DNA of 31,423 nucleotides from Candidatus Nomurabacteria bacterium. Lineage in GTDB: Bacteria > Patescibacteriota > Minisyncoccia > Phycocordibacterales > UBA9973. A model generated the notes under the pieces. The model had not been told where the DNA came from, ran no database searches, and worked only from the letters and a program-made list of their open reading frames with translations. Below are positions 8,727-17,001 of this stretch, piece by piece; the stretch's first letter is position 1, and each line of letters starts with the position of its first letter. The DNA lies in assembly GCA_027327845.1 (NCBI GenBank), contig DAHVYC010000001.1:1-31423 (forward strand), read 5' to 3'. Both the position numbers and the translations under genes were made by a program.

Positions 8727-9548
8727 TTATCTGCCACCGCGCGGAGTGTAGGAACTTCTTGCTTGACCCTGAGAAGGTGTGTAGGTTCTTTGTTGGTAGT
8801 AAGAACCTGTAGAGTAACCGTTGTTGTAATTATTTCTTGTTACTCTACCTTCCACCATGGGAGGATCTCCGTTCGGACCCGTTATTACTGGTCCAGGAGG
8901 CCTGCCTATGATCCTTCGCTCTCGCATATAAGAATCGCGAGGACTATGAGGGTCATAGTACTGGGGTTGTTGTATTATAGGTTGAGGGCAAGAATATCCA
9001 ACATACCCATAACTTGCCCGAGGGTAGGATGCATAACCTACTGGGTCGTAGTAATAATTTTGACCCATTTGAGGAAAGAAACCAGAAAGATCAGAAGATT
9101 CAGAATTGTAAATAGTAGTAGAACTAATCGAAGGATTTTTTTGTTTTAACTCCTTTTTTAATTCTTCTATTTCTTTACTTAATCTGCTTAAAGAAGAGTC
9201 TGGTTTTTCTACTCTCGCTATTTTTTCTTCTTGCTTTTGTTGATTTTTTCCCCAAGCTACGAATTCACCCGTATTCCCACACTTGTATATACGGGTAATC
9301 TTGCCGGTTTTCTTGTTGAGGACGACAAGCTCGTTCTCTAACCAAGCAAATTTTACGCCCCCCACAACTTGCCCATGGAACACACCAGTGAATCTCACTG
9401 TGTCTTCATCTGCAGTTAGGGGTTTGAAATTTTTAAATGAAACAGCATGATAGGTTCGTTGGTTTTCGACAGTTGCTTCAAAACTATCGAAAGTTTGGGC
9501 CAATGTGTAGGTTCCCAAAAACAACATAAAAAATACTACTCTTTTCAC
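8727..9548 (-). CDS. Hypothetical secreted protein with a coiled coil and a low-complexity Y/P/G/Q/R-rich C-terminus
   Basis: 273-codon ORF with a GTG start preceded by GAGGTG, a signal-peptide-like N-terminus and its own sigma70-like promoter; no recognisable family motif. Confidence 0.65.
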   Translation of the reverse strand: MKRVVFFMLFLGTYTLAQTFDSFEATVENQRTYHAVSFKNFKPLTADEDTVRFTGVFHGQVVGGVKFAWLENELVVLNKKTGKITRIYKCGNTGEFVAWGKNQQKQEEKIARVEKPDSSLSRLSKEIEELKKELKQKNPSISSTTIYNSESSDLSGFFPQMGQNYYYDPVGYASYPRASYGYVGYSCPQPIIQQPQYYDPHSPRDSYMRERRIIGRPPGPVITGPNGDPPMVEGRVTRNNYNNGYSTGSYYQQRTYTPSQGQARSSYTPRGGR

Positions 9549-9597
9549 AGTGCACCTCGCTTATATTTATTTAAAAACAACGTTATTTTCTGCATTA

Positions 9598-9626
9598 AGC
9601 ATAGCATTTATAAGCAAAAAAGTCAA
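9598..9626 (-). promoter_or_regulatory. Sigma70-type promoter for the 8727-9548 gene
   Basis: TTGACT-N17-TATGCT with an extended -10 TG. Confidence 0.6.
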
Positions 9627-9648
9627 GGGATGGAGTGTATTCCTTGAC
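9616..9648 (-). terminator. Intrinsic terminator ending the MacAB-type operon
   Basis: GTCAAGG/CCTTGAC stem followed by T6 on the minus strand, about 30 nt after the stop at 9678. Confidence 0.6.
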
Positions 9649-9677
9649 CTTTTACTTTTTAGCGGAAATTTTGGTTT

Positions 9678-10145
9678 CTATTGCTGAGTTGGGACGCCCT
9701 GTCTTGCCATCGGCCTTATTTGTATCGACTTGGCACTGATGCTCCCGTCTTGATTGGCTGTTCCATTAATTGACACCTGAGATCCGACTGTTAAGTCATT
9801 AAGGGATCCGGAATCCATTTTTGAAATTGCAGTATTGGTGTCAAAAAATATTATTTTAGAACCGCTATCGCTCGTATTCGAAGAATTTCCGAAATCATTT
9901 AATTTTATAGTGACACTGTTGGCATCTTTTGAAATTATTTCTCCATTCAAAAATCCTCCGCCCGAAATTCTTCCTCCTCTTACACCGGGGGCATACTGTC
10001 CGTTCCTGTTTTGGATATTTGTACCGACTCCGTTCGTACTTGAAGCTACACTCCCGCTCTTTTCATAAACTGTTCCGGCGTAGAATGCACCCAAGAGAAG
10101 CGCTATGCCGGCGATTATTGAAACAATTTTTTTATTTTTATTCAT
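9678..10145 (-). CDS. Membrane-anchored DUF5666-like protein
   Basis: N-terminal TM, Gly/Arg-rich linker, GEIISKDANSVTIKL...L.VGSQVSING..NQDGSISAKSIQIRP beta domain; similar to the 13962-14468 product. Confidence 0.65.
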   Translation of the reverse strand: MNKNKKIVSIIAGIALLLGAFYAGTVYEKSGSVASSTNGVGTNIQNRNGQYAPGVRGGRISGGGFLNGEIISKDANSVTIKLNDFGNSSNTSDSGSKIIFFDTNTAISKMDSGSLNDLTVGSQVSINGTANQDGSISAKSIQIRPMARQGVPTQQ

Positions 10146-10179
10146 AAATTTTGTTTTTAACTAATAATTAATAATTTTT

Positions 10180-10251
10180 ACCCGCACACTTATTTTTATG
10201 ATGTATCAAAAGATGCATTGTATTCAATATTACAAGAATAAGTGTGCGGGT
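10180..10251. repeat. Inverted-repeat-bounded intergenic element
   Basis: Perfect 15-bp IR ACCCGCACACTTATT/AATAAGTGTGCGGGT (10180-10194/10237-10251) enclosing small hairpins. Confidence 0.8.
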
Positions 10252-11475
10252 TTATTCATAACGCAGAGCGTCTATCGGATTTAGATTGGCCGCTCTCTTG
10301 GCGGGGTAGTATCCGAATATTATTCCTATGCCTGCGGATACGCAGAAAGCGAGAATTATAGAAGAAAGAGAAACGGTTGTTTCCAAAATACCGAAATATG
10401 TCATTAAAAATGATATTAATAGACCCAGAACCACCCCCACGAATCCTCCCGAGAAAGTGAGGGTTATAGCTTCGACCAAGAACTGTTTGTTTATGTCTTT
10501 CTTTTTGGCACCGATTGCCTTTCTTAGTCCTATTTCCCTGGTGCGTTCCGTGACCGTAGTCAACATCATATTCATTATTCCTATTCCTCCAACAATAAGA
10601 GATATACCGGCAATGGCTGCAAGCAAAATCGTAAGCGTGCCCGTTATACTGGAAGCTGTGGCTATTATGTCCGCTTGATTAAACGTGCTGAAGTCTGCCT
10701 GGGTCGGATCGGATATATGATGTAAATTAAGTAAAAGACTTGTAATGTCGTTTTGAACTTGAGTAGTGGAGTTTGAATCTTGAGCAGAAACGCTGATAGT
10801 GGTCACATATTGATCACCTGAGAGAAAACGCTCCGCGGTGGTGATCGGGATAAATATTATATCGTCTTGATTAGAGAATCCGGATCCGCCTTTCGCTTTA
10901 GTCATGCCCACTATCTTAAAATCTTGCTGTTTGATTCTAATTGTCTGCCCTATGGGATCAGTACCTGCACCAAAAAGATCATCTCTTGCACTCGGACCGA
11001 TTACAGCTATCTTGGAAGCGCTTTCCACGTTCTGATCTGTTATGAAAGAACCCTCTTCTGCTTGCACATTTCTCACATCTCCATACGTGCTTGTGACTCC
11101 GGATACTTCCGTGTTTGTGTTCGTACCTAAGGCGGTGACTTGGTAACGCCCTGTCACTTCCGGAGCTACTGCTTTTACTGAAGCGACGTCCGAGGCTATG
11201 GCATTTGCGTCGGAAATTTTTAAAGATTTTGCTGACCCTCTTCCTGCAGATACCTGAAATCCCGGACCTCTCTGCGCACCTGGAGCCACTATTATCAAAT
11301 TCGAACCTATGGATTGGATACTTGATTCGATGGAGCTTTGGGCTCCTTGTCCGATGGCTGTCATGGCGATGACGGAAGCTATGCCTATGATAATACCGAG
11401 CATTGTAAGACCAGACCTCGCTTTATTGGCCGAGAGAGAAGAATATGTTTCATGTAATATGTCGGAGGTTTTCAT
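10252..11475 (-). CDS. MacB/FtsX-family ABC transporter permease
   Basis: RSGLTMLGIIIGIASVI, a large extracytoplasmic domain, VGGIGIMNMMLTTVTERTREIGLRKAIGA and the ALRYE end. Confidence 0.95.
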   Translation of the reverse strand: MKTSDILHETYSSLSANKARSGLTMLGIIIGIASVIAMTAIGQGAQSSIESSIQSIGSNLIIVAPGAQRGPGFQVSAGRGSAKSLKISDANAIASDVASVKAVAPEVTGRYQVTALGTNTNTEVSGVTSTYGDVRNVQAEEGSFITDQNVESASKIAVIGPSARDDLFGAGTDPIGQTIRIKQQDFKIVGMTKAKGGSGFSNQDDIIFIPITTAERFLSGDQYVTTISVSAQDSNSTTQVQNDITSLLLNLHHISDPTQADFSTFNQADIIATASSITGTLTILLAAIAGISLIVGGIGIMNMMLTTVTERTREIGLRKAIGAKKKDINKQFLVEAITLTFSGGFVGVVLGLLISFLMTYFGILETTVSLSSIILAFCVSAGIGIIFGYYPAKRAANLNPIDALRYE

Positions 11476-11510
11476 CCTATTAAAAATTTTAATTAATAAT
11501 TTCTATCTTT

Positions 11511-11540
11511 TATCCTGTTAGCTGAATTTTTAACAGGATA
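11511..11540. repeat. Short intergenic hairpin inside the MacAB-type operon
   Basis: Perfect 10-bp IR TATCCTGTTA/TAACAGGATA with a 10-nt loop. Confidence 0.6.
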
Positions 11541-11547
11541 GGTATAT

Positions 11548-12255
11548 TTATTTTTGATTGACGATTCTTTTTAAATGAGTAGTTCGGTCTTCTATTAATT
11601 TTCCGTCTTTTATAAAAAGGATTCTGTCTGCATGCTCGGCTATATCTTGTTCGTGGGTTATGAGCACTATGGTGCGTCCTAATTCTTTGTTTAATCTTTG
11701 AAAGGTTCCCAGCACTATTTCGCTTGTCTTTGAATCTAGGTTTCCGGTCGGTTCGTCTGCAAGTATGAGAGACGGTTCGTTTACCAGGGCCCTGGCTATG
11801 GCTACGCGCTGTATTTGTCCTCCAGAAAGCTGATTTGAAAGATTATGAAAATGTCCTTCATCCAGTCCGGCCAGAAGGAGTGATTTTCTGGCTTTTGCCT
11901 CTCTTTCTCCGGCATCTATACCCGAATAAACGAGTGGGAGCATTACATTACGGAGAACTGTGGTTCTGGGGAGTAAATTGAATGATTGGAATACAAATCC
12001 GATTTTATCTTTGCGTATGTCTGCAAGTTCATCGTCTGACAACGTAGAGACATTTTTCCCATCCAGAAAATATGTCCCGCTAGTCGGATTATCCAGAGCT
12101 CCTAGTATATGCATCAAGGTGGATTTTCCTGATCCAGAGGGCCCCATAATTGCCACGAATTCCCCGTCTTTGATCGAAAAGTCTATTCCTTTCAATGCTT
12201 CAAATAGGACGTCGCCTGTCTTATATGTTTTTGTTATCCCTCTGACTTCGATCAT
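11548..12255 (-). CDS. MacB/LolD-family ABC ATP-binding protein
   Basis: [39 protein letters not shown]. Confidence 0.95.
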   Translation of the reverse strand: MIEVRGITKTYKTGDVLFEALKGIDFSIKDGEFVAIMGPSGSGKSTLMHILGALDNPTSGTYFLDGKNVSTLSDDELADIRKDKIGFVFQSFNLLPRTTVLRNVMLPLVYSGIDAGEREAKARKSLLLAGLDEGHFHNLSNQLSGGQIQRVAIARALVNEPSLILADEPTGNLDSKTSEIVLGTFQRLNKELGRTIVLITHEQDIAEHADRILFIKDGKLIEDRTTHLKRIVNQK

Positions 12256-12260
12256 AAAAG

Positions 12261-13958
12261 CTATCTTAAGACCCTTGCCGCATTATTTCTTCCACTTCCG
12301 CCTACCGCATTGATCAAGCTTGGTGCTGTGGAAGATGAGCTGGAAGAAACAATGGTTTTGACCACTATTTGATCACCCTCTTTTAGCCCGGATATTATTT
12401 CAGATAAAGTATCGTTTGAAGCGCCGACTTCTACGTCCTGATTTATTGGTGCTATGGACGATGGAGTTCCCTGTAATCCATCAGTGGAAGCCGGGAGGGG
12501 AGAAGAGAACATTTCTACATAGCTTATATTTCCGGATTTTTTTATTGCGCTGTTCGGAACAGTGAGCACATCTTGCTTTACATTGGTTATGATGTCGGCA
12601 GTTGCGCTCATACCCGGTTTTATTCTCGTATCGTCCGTATCGAAACTTATTTTGACATTATAATTGACTACCCCTTGGGAGACTGTCCCTATCGAATCTA
12701 CCTCGACTACCTTACCGGATATCGAAAGAAGTGGTATGGCATCGAACGATAAGGTCCCTTTTTCTCCTAAAGAGATTTTGGCTACATCGACTTCATTCAA
12801 GGAGATTACAGCCACTTTTTTCGAGGTTATAATGCTTCCCAGGGTTGTACCAGAGCTCGCATTATCTCCCTTTATCACCGGAATACTTGCCATTACTCCG
12901 GAGAAGGGTGCTCTGACATAATAATAAGACAAGTTTTGTTTTGCATCCGAGAGAGCATTTTCCTTTTGCTTGACGGCAAGTTCCGCGGATTGGATATCAA
13001 TATTTGAATTTGGAAAAGCATCTTTGCTGCTCGTTATATTTGTTTTTATTGTCAAAAGATTTGATAGATCAGTATTGGTCTTAGAAGTGTAATCACTCAG
13101 GGTGGCCTTGTGTGTGGTTATTATTGCAGGGGTATTATTTGGAGAGCGTTTCTGTATAGAACTATTTACGAAATCTATATAGTTGTTTGCGTTTTTTATG
13201 GCGGTCGAAATCAATTTTACCGTGTCATAAGTTTTTGATATTAAGGCCTCGATCGTTGCATTGTCGGAAGTTCTGGAGGCGGATTTATAACTATCGAAAT
13301 TGTCATTGTAAGCTTTGAGCGCTGCGTCATAAGAATCTATCAGATTTTGTTTATAGATTTTTACAGCATCGGCATCTTCCGCGATAACTTGCCCTTCATA
13401 CCAATTTATATTCCATTGCCCGGTGCTTTGACTTACGGTACTTGTAAAAAACATAGTATTGAGTCCGTTCATGATTCCGGGTAGATCGAGAAAGGTGTTG
13501 GAAACTGTATTGAAACCATCATCGTATGCCTTGGCCAGATCCGTATTTAAATTTGTGTCCGAATTTTGTATTTGGAGTTTTTGTAAAGATAAATTTGCAT
13601 TTTGTAAATTTATTTCAGCATCCCTTACCGCTTTTTGTGCATCCGTACTATCTATAGAGAAAAGCAACTTTCCTTCTTGTACGGAATCTCCCGGATTTAC
13701 GTATATGCCGGTTATAGTGCCGGATACTTCAGGTTTGATATCTATTTGACTGGAGGCTGATACCTGCCCTGTGCCGGATACAGAAGATATTATAGTGCCT
13801 TTTTCCACCAGAGCGGTCACATATCTTGTTTCCCCGGTGGTGCTCTTCATTTTTTTGTATCCCAAATATCCGCCAAATATTATTACCAGCGCCATAATTG
13901 AACTTATGACTTTGTGTAATAGGACATAAGTTTTTATTTTACTCCAATATTTTTCCAT
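12261..13958 (-). CDS. MacA-like membrane fusion/periplasmic adaptor protein with a long alpha-helical insert
   Basis: N-terminal TM, SGTGQV, lipoyl halves (IKPEVSGTIT / VRAPFSGV), NEVDVAKI, IKPGMSATADI and GL.EGD motifs. Confidence 0.9.
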   Translation of the reverse strand: MEKYWSKIKTYVLLHKVISSIMALVIIFGGYLGYKKMKSTTGETRYVTALVEKGTIISSVSGTGQVSASSQIDIKPEVSGTITGIYVNPGDSVQEGKLLFSIDSTDAQKAVRDAEINLQNANLSLQKLQIQNSDTNLNTDLAKAYDDGFNTVSNTFLDLPGIMNGLNTMFFTSTVSQSTGQWNINWYEGQVIAEDADAVKIYKQNLIDSYDAALKAYNDNFDSYKSASRTSDNATIEALISKTYDTVKLISTAIKNANNYIDFVNSSIQKRSPNNTPAIITTHKATLSDYTSKTNTDLSNLLTIKTNITSSKDAFPNSNIDIQSAELAVKQKENALSDAKQNLSYYYVRAPFSGVMASIPVIKGDNASSGTTLGSIITSKKVAVISLNEVDVAKISLGEKGTLSFDAIPLLSISGKVVEVDSIGTVSQGVVNYNVKISFDTDDTRIKPGMSATADIITNVKQDVLTVPNSAIKKSGNISYVEMFSSPLPASTDGLQGTPSSIAPINQDVEVGASNDTLSEIISGLKEGDQIVVKTIVSSSSSSTAPSLINAVGGSGRNNAARVLR

Positions 13959-13961
13959 ATA

Positions 13962-14468
13962 TTATTTTGTTGGTGCCGGTGTTTGGGATGCTGGAGGATT
14001 TTGAGAAGGCAGGCCAAAAGGCATTACTCTTATAAATTTCGCTTCTATCTGGCCCTGAGAATTTGGCGAACCTATTACCACCACATAATCATCTACCGAA
14101 AGACCGTTTTCATTTATAGTTGCCATTTGTTTTTGAATTTTTGTGTTGTTATCCATTATTACCACTTTCTCTGTATTGTCGCTTCCTTCCACTATTATGG
14201 AAGGCAATTCGATTTTTACTATTTTGCCGACTGCTCCGTGAGATACGGGAAAATTATCCCTTCCAAACATGAATCTGCCTGACCTCATACCAAAATTGCG
14301 TTCGTAATTTTCTCCCCAGGTTCGGCCGAAAGATGCCTTATGGAAACCGACGGAAATTCCGGCTGAAAATACGAGTACGGCAACGATAAGAGAACCGACA
14401 CCTATCAATATACCAGTCGAGACCTTTGAACTTAGAGCTTTTTTTATATCTTCGTAGATTTTTTTCAT
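13962..14468 (-). CDS. Membrane-anchored DUF5666-like protein
   Basis: TM segment, then GAVGKIVKIELPSIIVEG...LSVDDYVVVIGSPNSQGQIEAKFIRV, and a Pro/Gln-rich tail. Confidence 0.6.
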   Translation of the reverse strand: MKKIYEDIKKALSSKVSTGILIGVGSLIVAVLVFSAGISVGFHKASFGRTWGENYERNFGMRSGRFMFGRDNFPVSHGAVGKIVKIELPSIIVEGSDNTEKVVIMDNNTKIQKQMATINENGLSVDDYVVVIGSPNSQGQIEAKFIRVMPFGLPSQNPPASQTPAPTK

Positions 14469-14475
14469 GCTTTTT

Positions 14476-14910
14476 CTAAAGTGACATTATTAATAAAGTC
14501 CCGTTTCGACCGCCACTTAGTCGTATCGGATTTCTAATTTGTTTTGCCGCAAATCGTGCGAAAAGAATAAAGGCGAAAATGAGCGATAGAGAAGTAAGGA
14601 TGCTCATAGTAGGCAAAGATTCGGCGATAGAAAGGACTATATCTTTCCAATAGGATGCCATATTGTTGTTTGAAAAAGCCAATGACACATATTCGTAAAT
14701 TCCTGACGAAGAAAGGTCTTGCAATAGGACCTTTACAGCCGGCACAAGCCCGGCTAGGGAAGCTATTCCTGCTAGCGAAAAAATGAACATTTTGATGCGG
14801 GAAGATCTCTCTTTACGCACTGTAATGGTTCGCCAAATGTTCTCTGAGAGGTTTTCGTCCGTGTTCTCATAGGTTGCTTTTTTGAATAATTTTGTGAGTT
14901 CTTTTTCCAT
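14476..14910 (-). CDS. Putative two-TM anti-sigma factor
   Basis: Directly downstream of the ECF sigma gene; short cytoplasmic N-terminus (ENLSENIWRTI) followed by two hydrophobic helices. Function assigned from position. Confidence 0.6.
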   Translation of the reverse strand: MEKELTKLFKKATYENTDENLSENIWRTITVRKERSSRIKMFIFSLAGIASLAGLVPAVKVLLQDLSSSGIYEYVSLAFSNNNMASYWKDIVLSIAESLPTMSILTSLSLIFAFILFARFAAKQIRNPIRLSGGRNGTLLIMSL

Positions 14911-14923
14911 TGCCTTGCTATTA

Positions 14924-14950
14924 TACGTTTACAATATTAACTTTGGTGCA
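14924..14950 (-). promoter_or_regulatory. Candidate ECF-sigma promoter
   Basis: TGCACC-N17-CGTA, resembling the Bacillus SigW-type TGAAAC-N16-CGTA consensus. It overlaps a TATAAT that has no good sigma70 -35. Confidence 0.45.
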
Positions 14951-14990
14951 AAATTGGTTTTAGGGATTCCGGCAGACTAAATGACAAAAA

Positions 14991-15578
14991 TCACAAGTAA
15001 TCGGAAAACATTTTTCGGAGCATTATTATCGCCCGATAATGTTGATTTTTTACAGTATTTAGCGGTTTTTCCAAAACTCTGCCTATTTCCTCGAAAGTCA
15101 TTTCTTCTTGATAGTGTAAGAGTAGAACAGTTTTATAGTTTAGAGGAAGTTTTTCCAGTTTCTCTTTGAGTAAATCGAGATCTTGCATTTTCTCCATTAC
15201 CTCGTCGGGGAGCATGTTGTCGTCCGGTATATTTTCCGAGAACGATGTCGACTTTTCTTTTGAGCTCTCATTCTCTGTCTTTTCGATGTCGGAAAATAGA
15301 AAAACTTTTTTCTTTCTAAGAAAATCCATTGCACTGTTTTTGGCGATAGTGAAGATCCAGGTCTTGAAACTGGCCTTAGATGAATCAAATTTATGCAAGT
15401 TTTTCCATGCCTTGATGAAAGTTTCTTGGACTATATCCGGTGAATCATTTTTTCCGGCCAAATGCGCGACGAAGTTAAAAAGAGGGGAGGTATATTTATC
15501 GATAAGCATTTTGAATGCTTCTTCGTTTCCATCTTTGTATGAATTTATTATATTTTCATCCTTTTCTTCGAAATACAT
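14991..15578 (-). CDS. ECF-type RNA polymerase sigma-70 factor
   Basis: DIVQETFIKAWKNL, FKTWIFTIAKNSAMDFLRK (region 2) and EEMTFEEIGRVLEKPLNTVK (region 4). Confidence 0.95.
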   Translation of the reverse strand: MYFEEKDENIINSYKDGNEEAFKMLIDKYTSPLFNFVAHLAGKNDSPDIVQETFIKAWKNLHKFDSSKASFKTWIFTIAKNSAMDFLRKKKVFLFSDIEKTENESSKEKSTSFSENIPDDNMLPDEVMEKMQDLDLLKEKLEKLPLNYKTVLLLHYQEEMTFEEIGRVLEKPLNTVKNQHYRAIIMLRKMFSDYL

Positions 15579-15605
15579 TAGAGTTCAGTTATTTATAATA
15601 AAACC

Positions 15606-15821
15606 CTACTCCTTGAATATTTTTTCAGTTTTTAGCTTATTGAACGTTTTCTTGCTCAAGTTCTTTTTTAGGAAAGACAATGTCTTTTTTCTGCCCATGA
15701 GCCACATCATCCCCAAAATTATGAGAAGAGTGGTGCCCGGTACAGGCGTGGGGTAGAAAATCACGCCTGCGGCTATCATAGCCACACCTATTAGTTTATG
15801 AAAAGTGTCCAGTTTCTCCAT
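15606..15821 (-). CDS. Small membrane protein (PGPGW-like PTPVPG motif)
   Basis: 71 aa with a hydrophobic hairpin around PTPVPG and a basic tail; TGaTATAAT upstream. Confidence 0.55.
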   Translation of the reverse strand: MEKLDTFHKLIGVAMIAAGVIFYPTPVPGTTLLIILGMMWLMGRKKTLSFLKKNLSKKTFNKLKTEKIFKE

Positions 15822-15891
15822 TAGGGAATAATTATATCATGTATAAATGTTTCGGTTTATTTTCTCTTTTAACTTATGATAAAATATTTTT

Positions 15892-16722
15892 ATGCCTAAA
15901 ACAGCTTTAGTAGAATCTGGCGGGGGAATGGCGGCGTGTTATATCGCCGGAGTTACGTATGCGTTGGCTAAACATTTCAGAGATTTCAAGCCGGATATAG
16001 TAATAGGTGCGTCCGGTAGTTCAGGCACATTGTCTTATTATGTGGCCGGACAGCCGGAATCAATGAAAAGGATTTGGCTTAGTTTATTATCGGATAAAAA
16101 CTTTATCAATCCGCTCCGTGTTTGGCGCGTGATGAATATAGATTATCTGATAGATGAAGTATTAAAAAAACAAGAGCCACTTAATGCGGAGAAGATATAT
16201 CAGTCTGATATATCATATTTTATTCCGAGCACGAACCACAGAACAGGCAAATTAGAATATTTTTCCAATAAAACAGGAGATGATATTTTTGAGTCAATGA
16301 GAGCAAGTATGGCTTTGCCTATAGCTTTCAATAAATATATAAAAGTGAAACACAAAGAATATTGTGATTCATATATTTCCGCTTCAGTACATTTAAATAT
16401 AGAACAAGCCCTAAAGCTTGGTGCAGACAGAATAATAGTGGTGAGTGTTGAAGATGCACATCCCAGCAAACTTGTAAATTTATTTTATAATTTTTGGTTG
16501 AAACACCAAAGTAGGAAGTTTCTAAAGAATTATCATAAGGAAGAAAAAGAATCCTATGTTATTCCAGATAGTGTTGAAATAATACACATAAGCCCAAAAA
16601 ATAATCTAGAAGTTGGAACTTTTGGAAATAGTAAGGAATCTCTGCAAAAAGTTTTTGAGCAGGGATATAAGGATACGGTGAATAATGAAAGATTAAAGAG
16701 TATTCTTAGAGTTACACAATAA
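15892..16722 (+). CDS. Patatin-like phospholipase family protein
   Basis: ESGGG oxyanion loop, GASGS nucleophile elbow, ASMALP, and D-S-Y at the DGG position. Confidence 0.85.
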   Translation: MPKTALVESGGGMAACYIAGVTYALAKHFRDFKPDIVIGASGSSGTLSYYVAGQPESMKRIWLSLLSDKNFINPLRVWRVMNIDYLIDEVLKKQEPLNAEKIYQSDISYFIPSTNHRTGKLEYFSNKTGDDIFESMRASMALPIAFNKYIKVKHKEYCDSYISASVHLNIEQALKLGADRIIVVSVEDAHPSKLVNLFYNFWLKHQSRKFLKNYHKEEKESYVIPDSVEIIHISPKNNLEVGTFGNSKESLQKVFEQGYKDTVNNERLKSILRVTQ

Positions 16723-16743
16723 AGAAGCGCGGTGGCTACAAAT

Positions 16744-16869
16744 AATTTCTCGCCGTCGCTCGAAATTTTCGCAGCCCGCCCCTCGCTGTTTTGCGTGTTC
16801 GCAAAACATAGCTGCGGTCATCACAAAAGCGCGTATGCAATGCAGATTACATACTTGAAGCTTTTGTGA
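16744..16869. repeat. Multi-hairpin element abutting the 3' end of tRNA-Arg(GCG)
   Basis: TGTTTTGCG-TGTT-CGCAAAACA (16787-16808) and a 10-bp IR TCACAAAAGC/GCTTTTGTGA (16821-16830/16860-16869) overlapping the tRNA end. Confidence 0.7.
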
Positions 16870-16938
16870 CCCCGCCAGGAATCGAACCTGGATCACAAGA
16901 TCCGCAATCTTGCGTTCTATCCGTTGAACTACGGGGCC
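16867..16938 (-). tRNA. tRNA-Arg(GCG)
   Basis: Full cloverleaf: acceptor GGCCCCG/CGGGGTC, anticodon arm CAAGA-TTGCGGA-TCTTG, T-loop TTCGATT; no encoded CCA. Confidence 0.95.
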
Positions 16939-17001
16939 TTTACGCCAACTCCCAAAACAGAACTTCAGTTGAAGATTAGCATTTTTTCTGTGAATTTCAA
17001 A

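Noticed and set aside
8609-8737. 43-aa N-terminal extension of the surface protein given by the ORF track
   Set aside because: It runs through the double hairpin and overlaps the upstream gene; the signal peptide begins at the Met at 8608.
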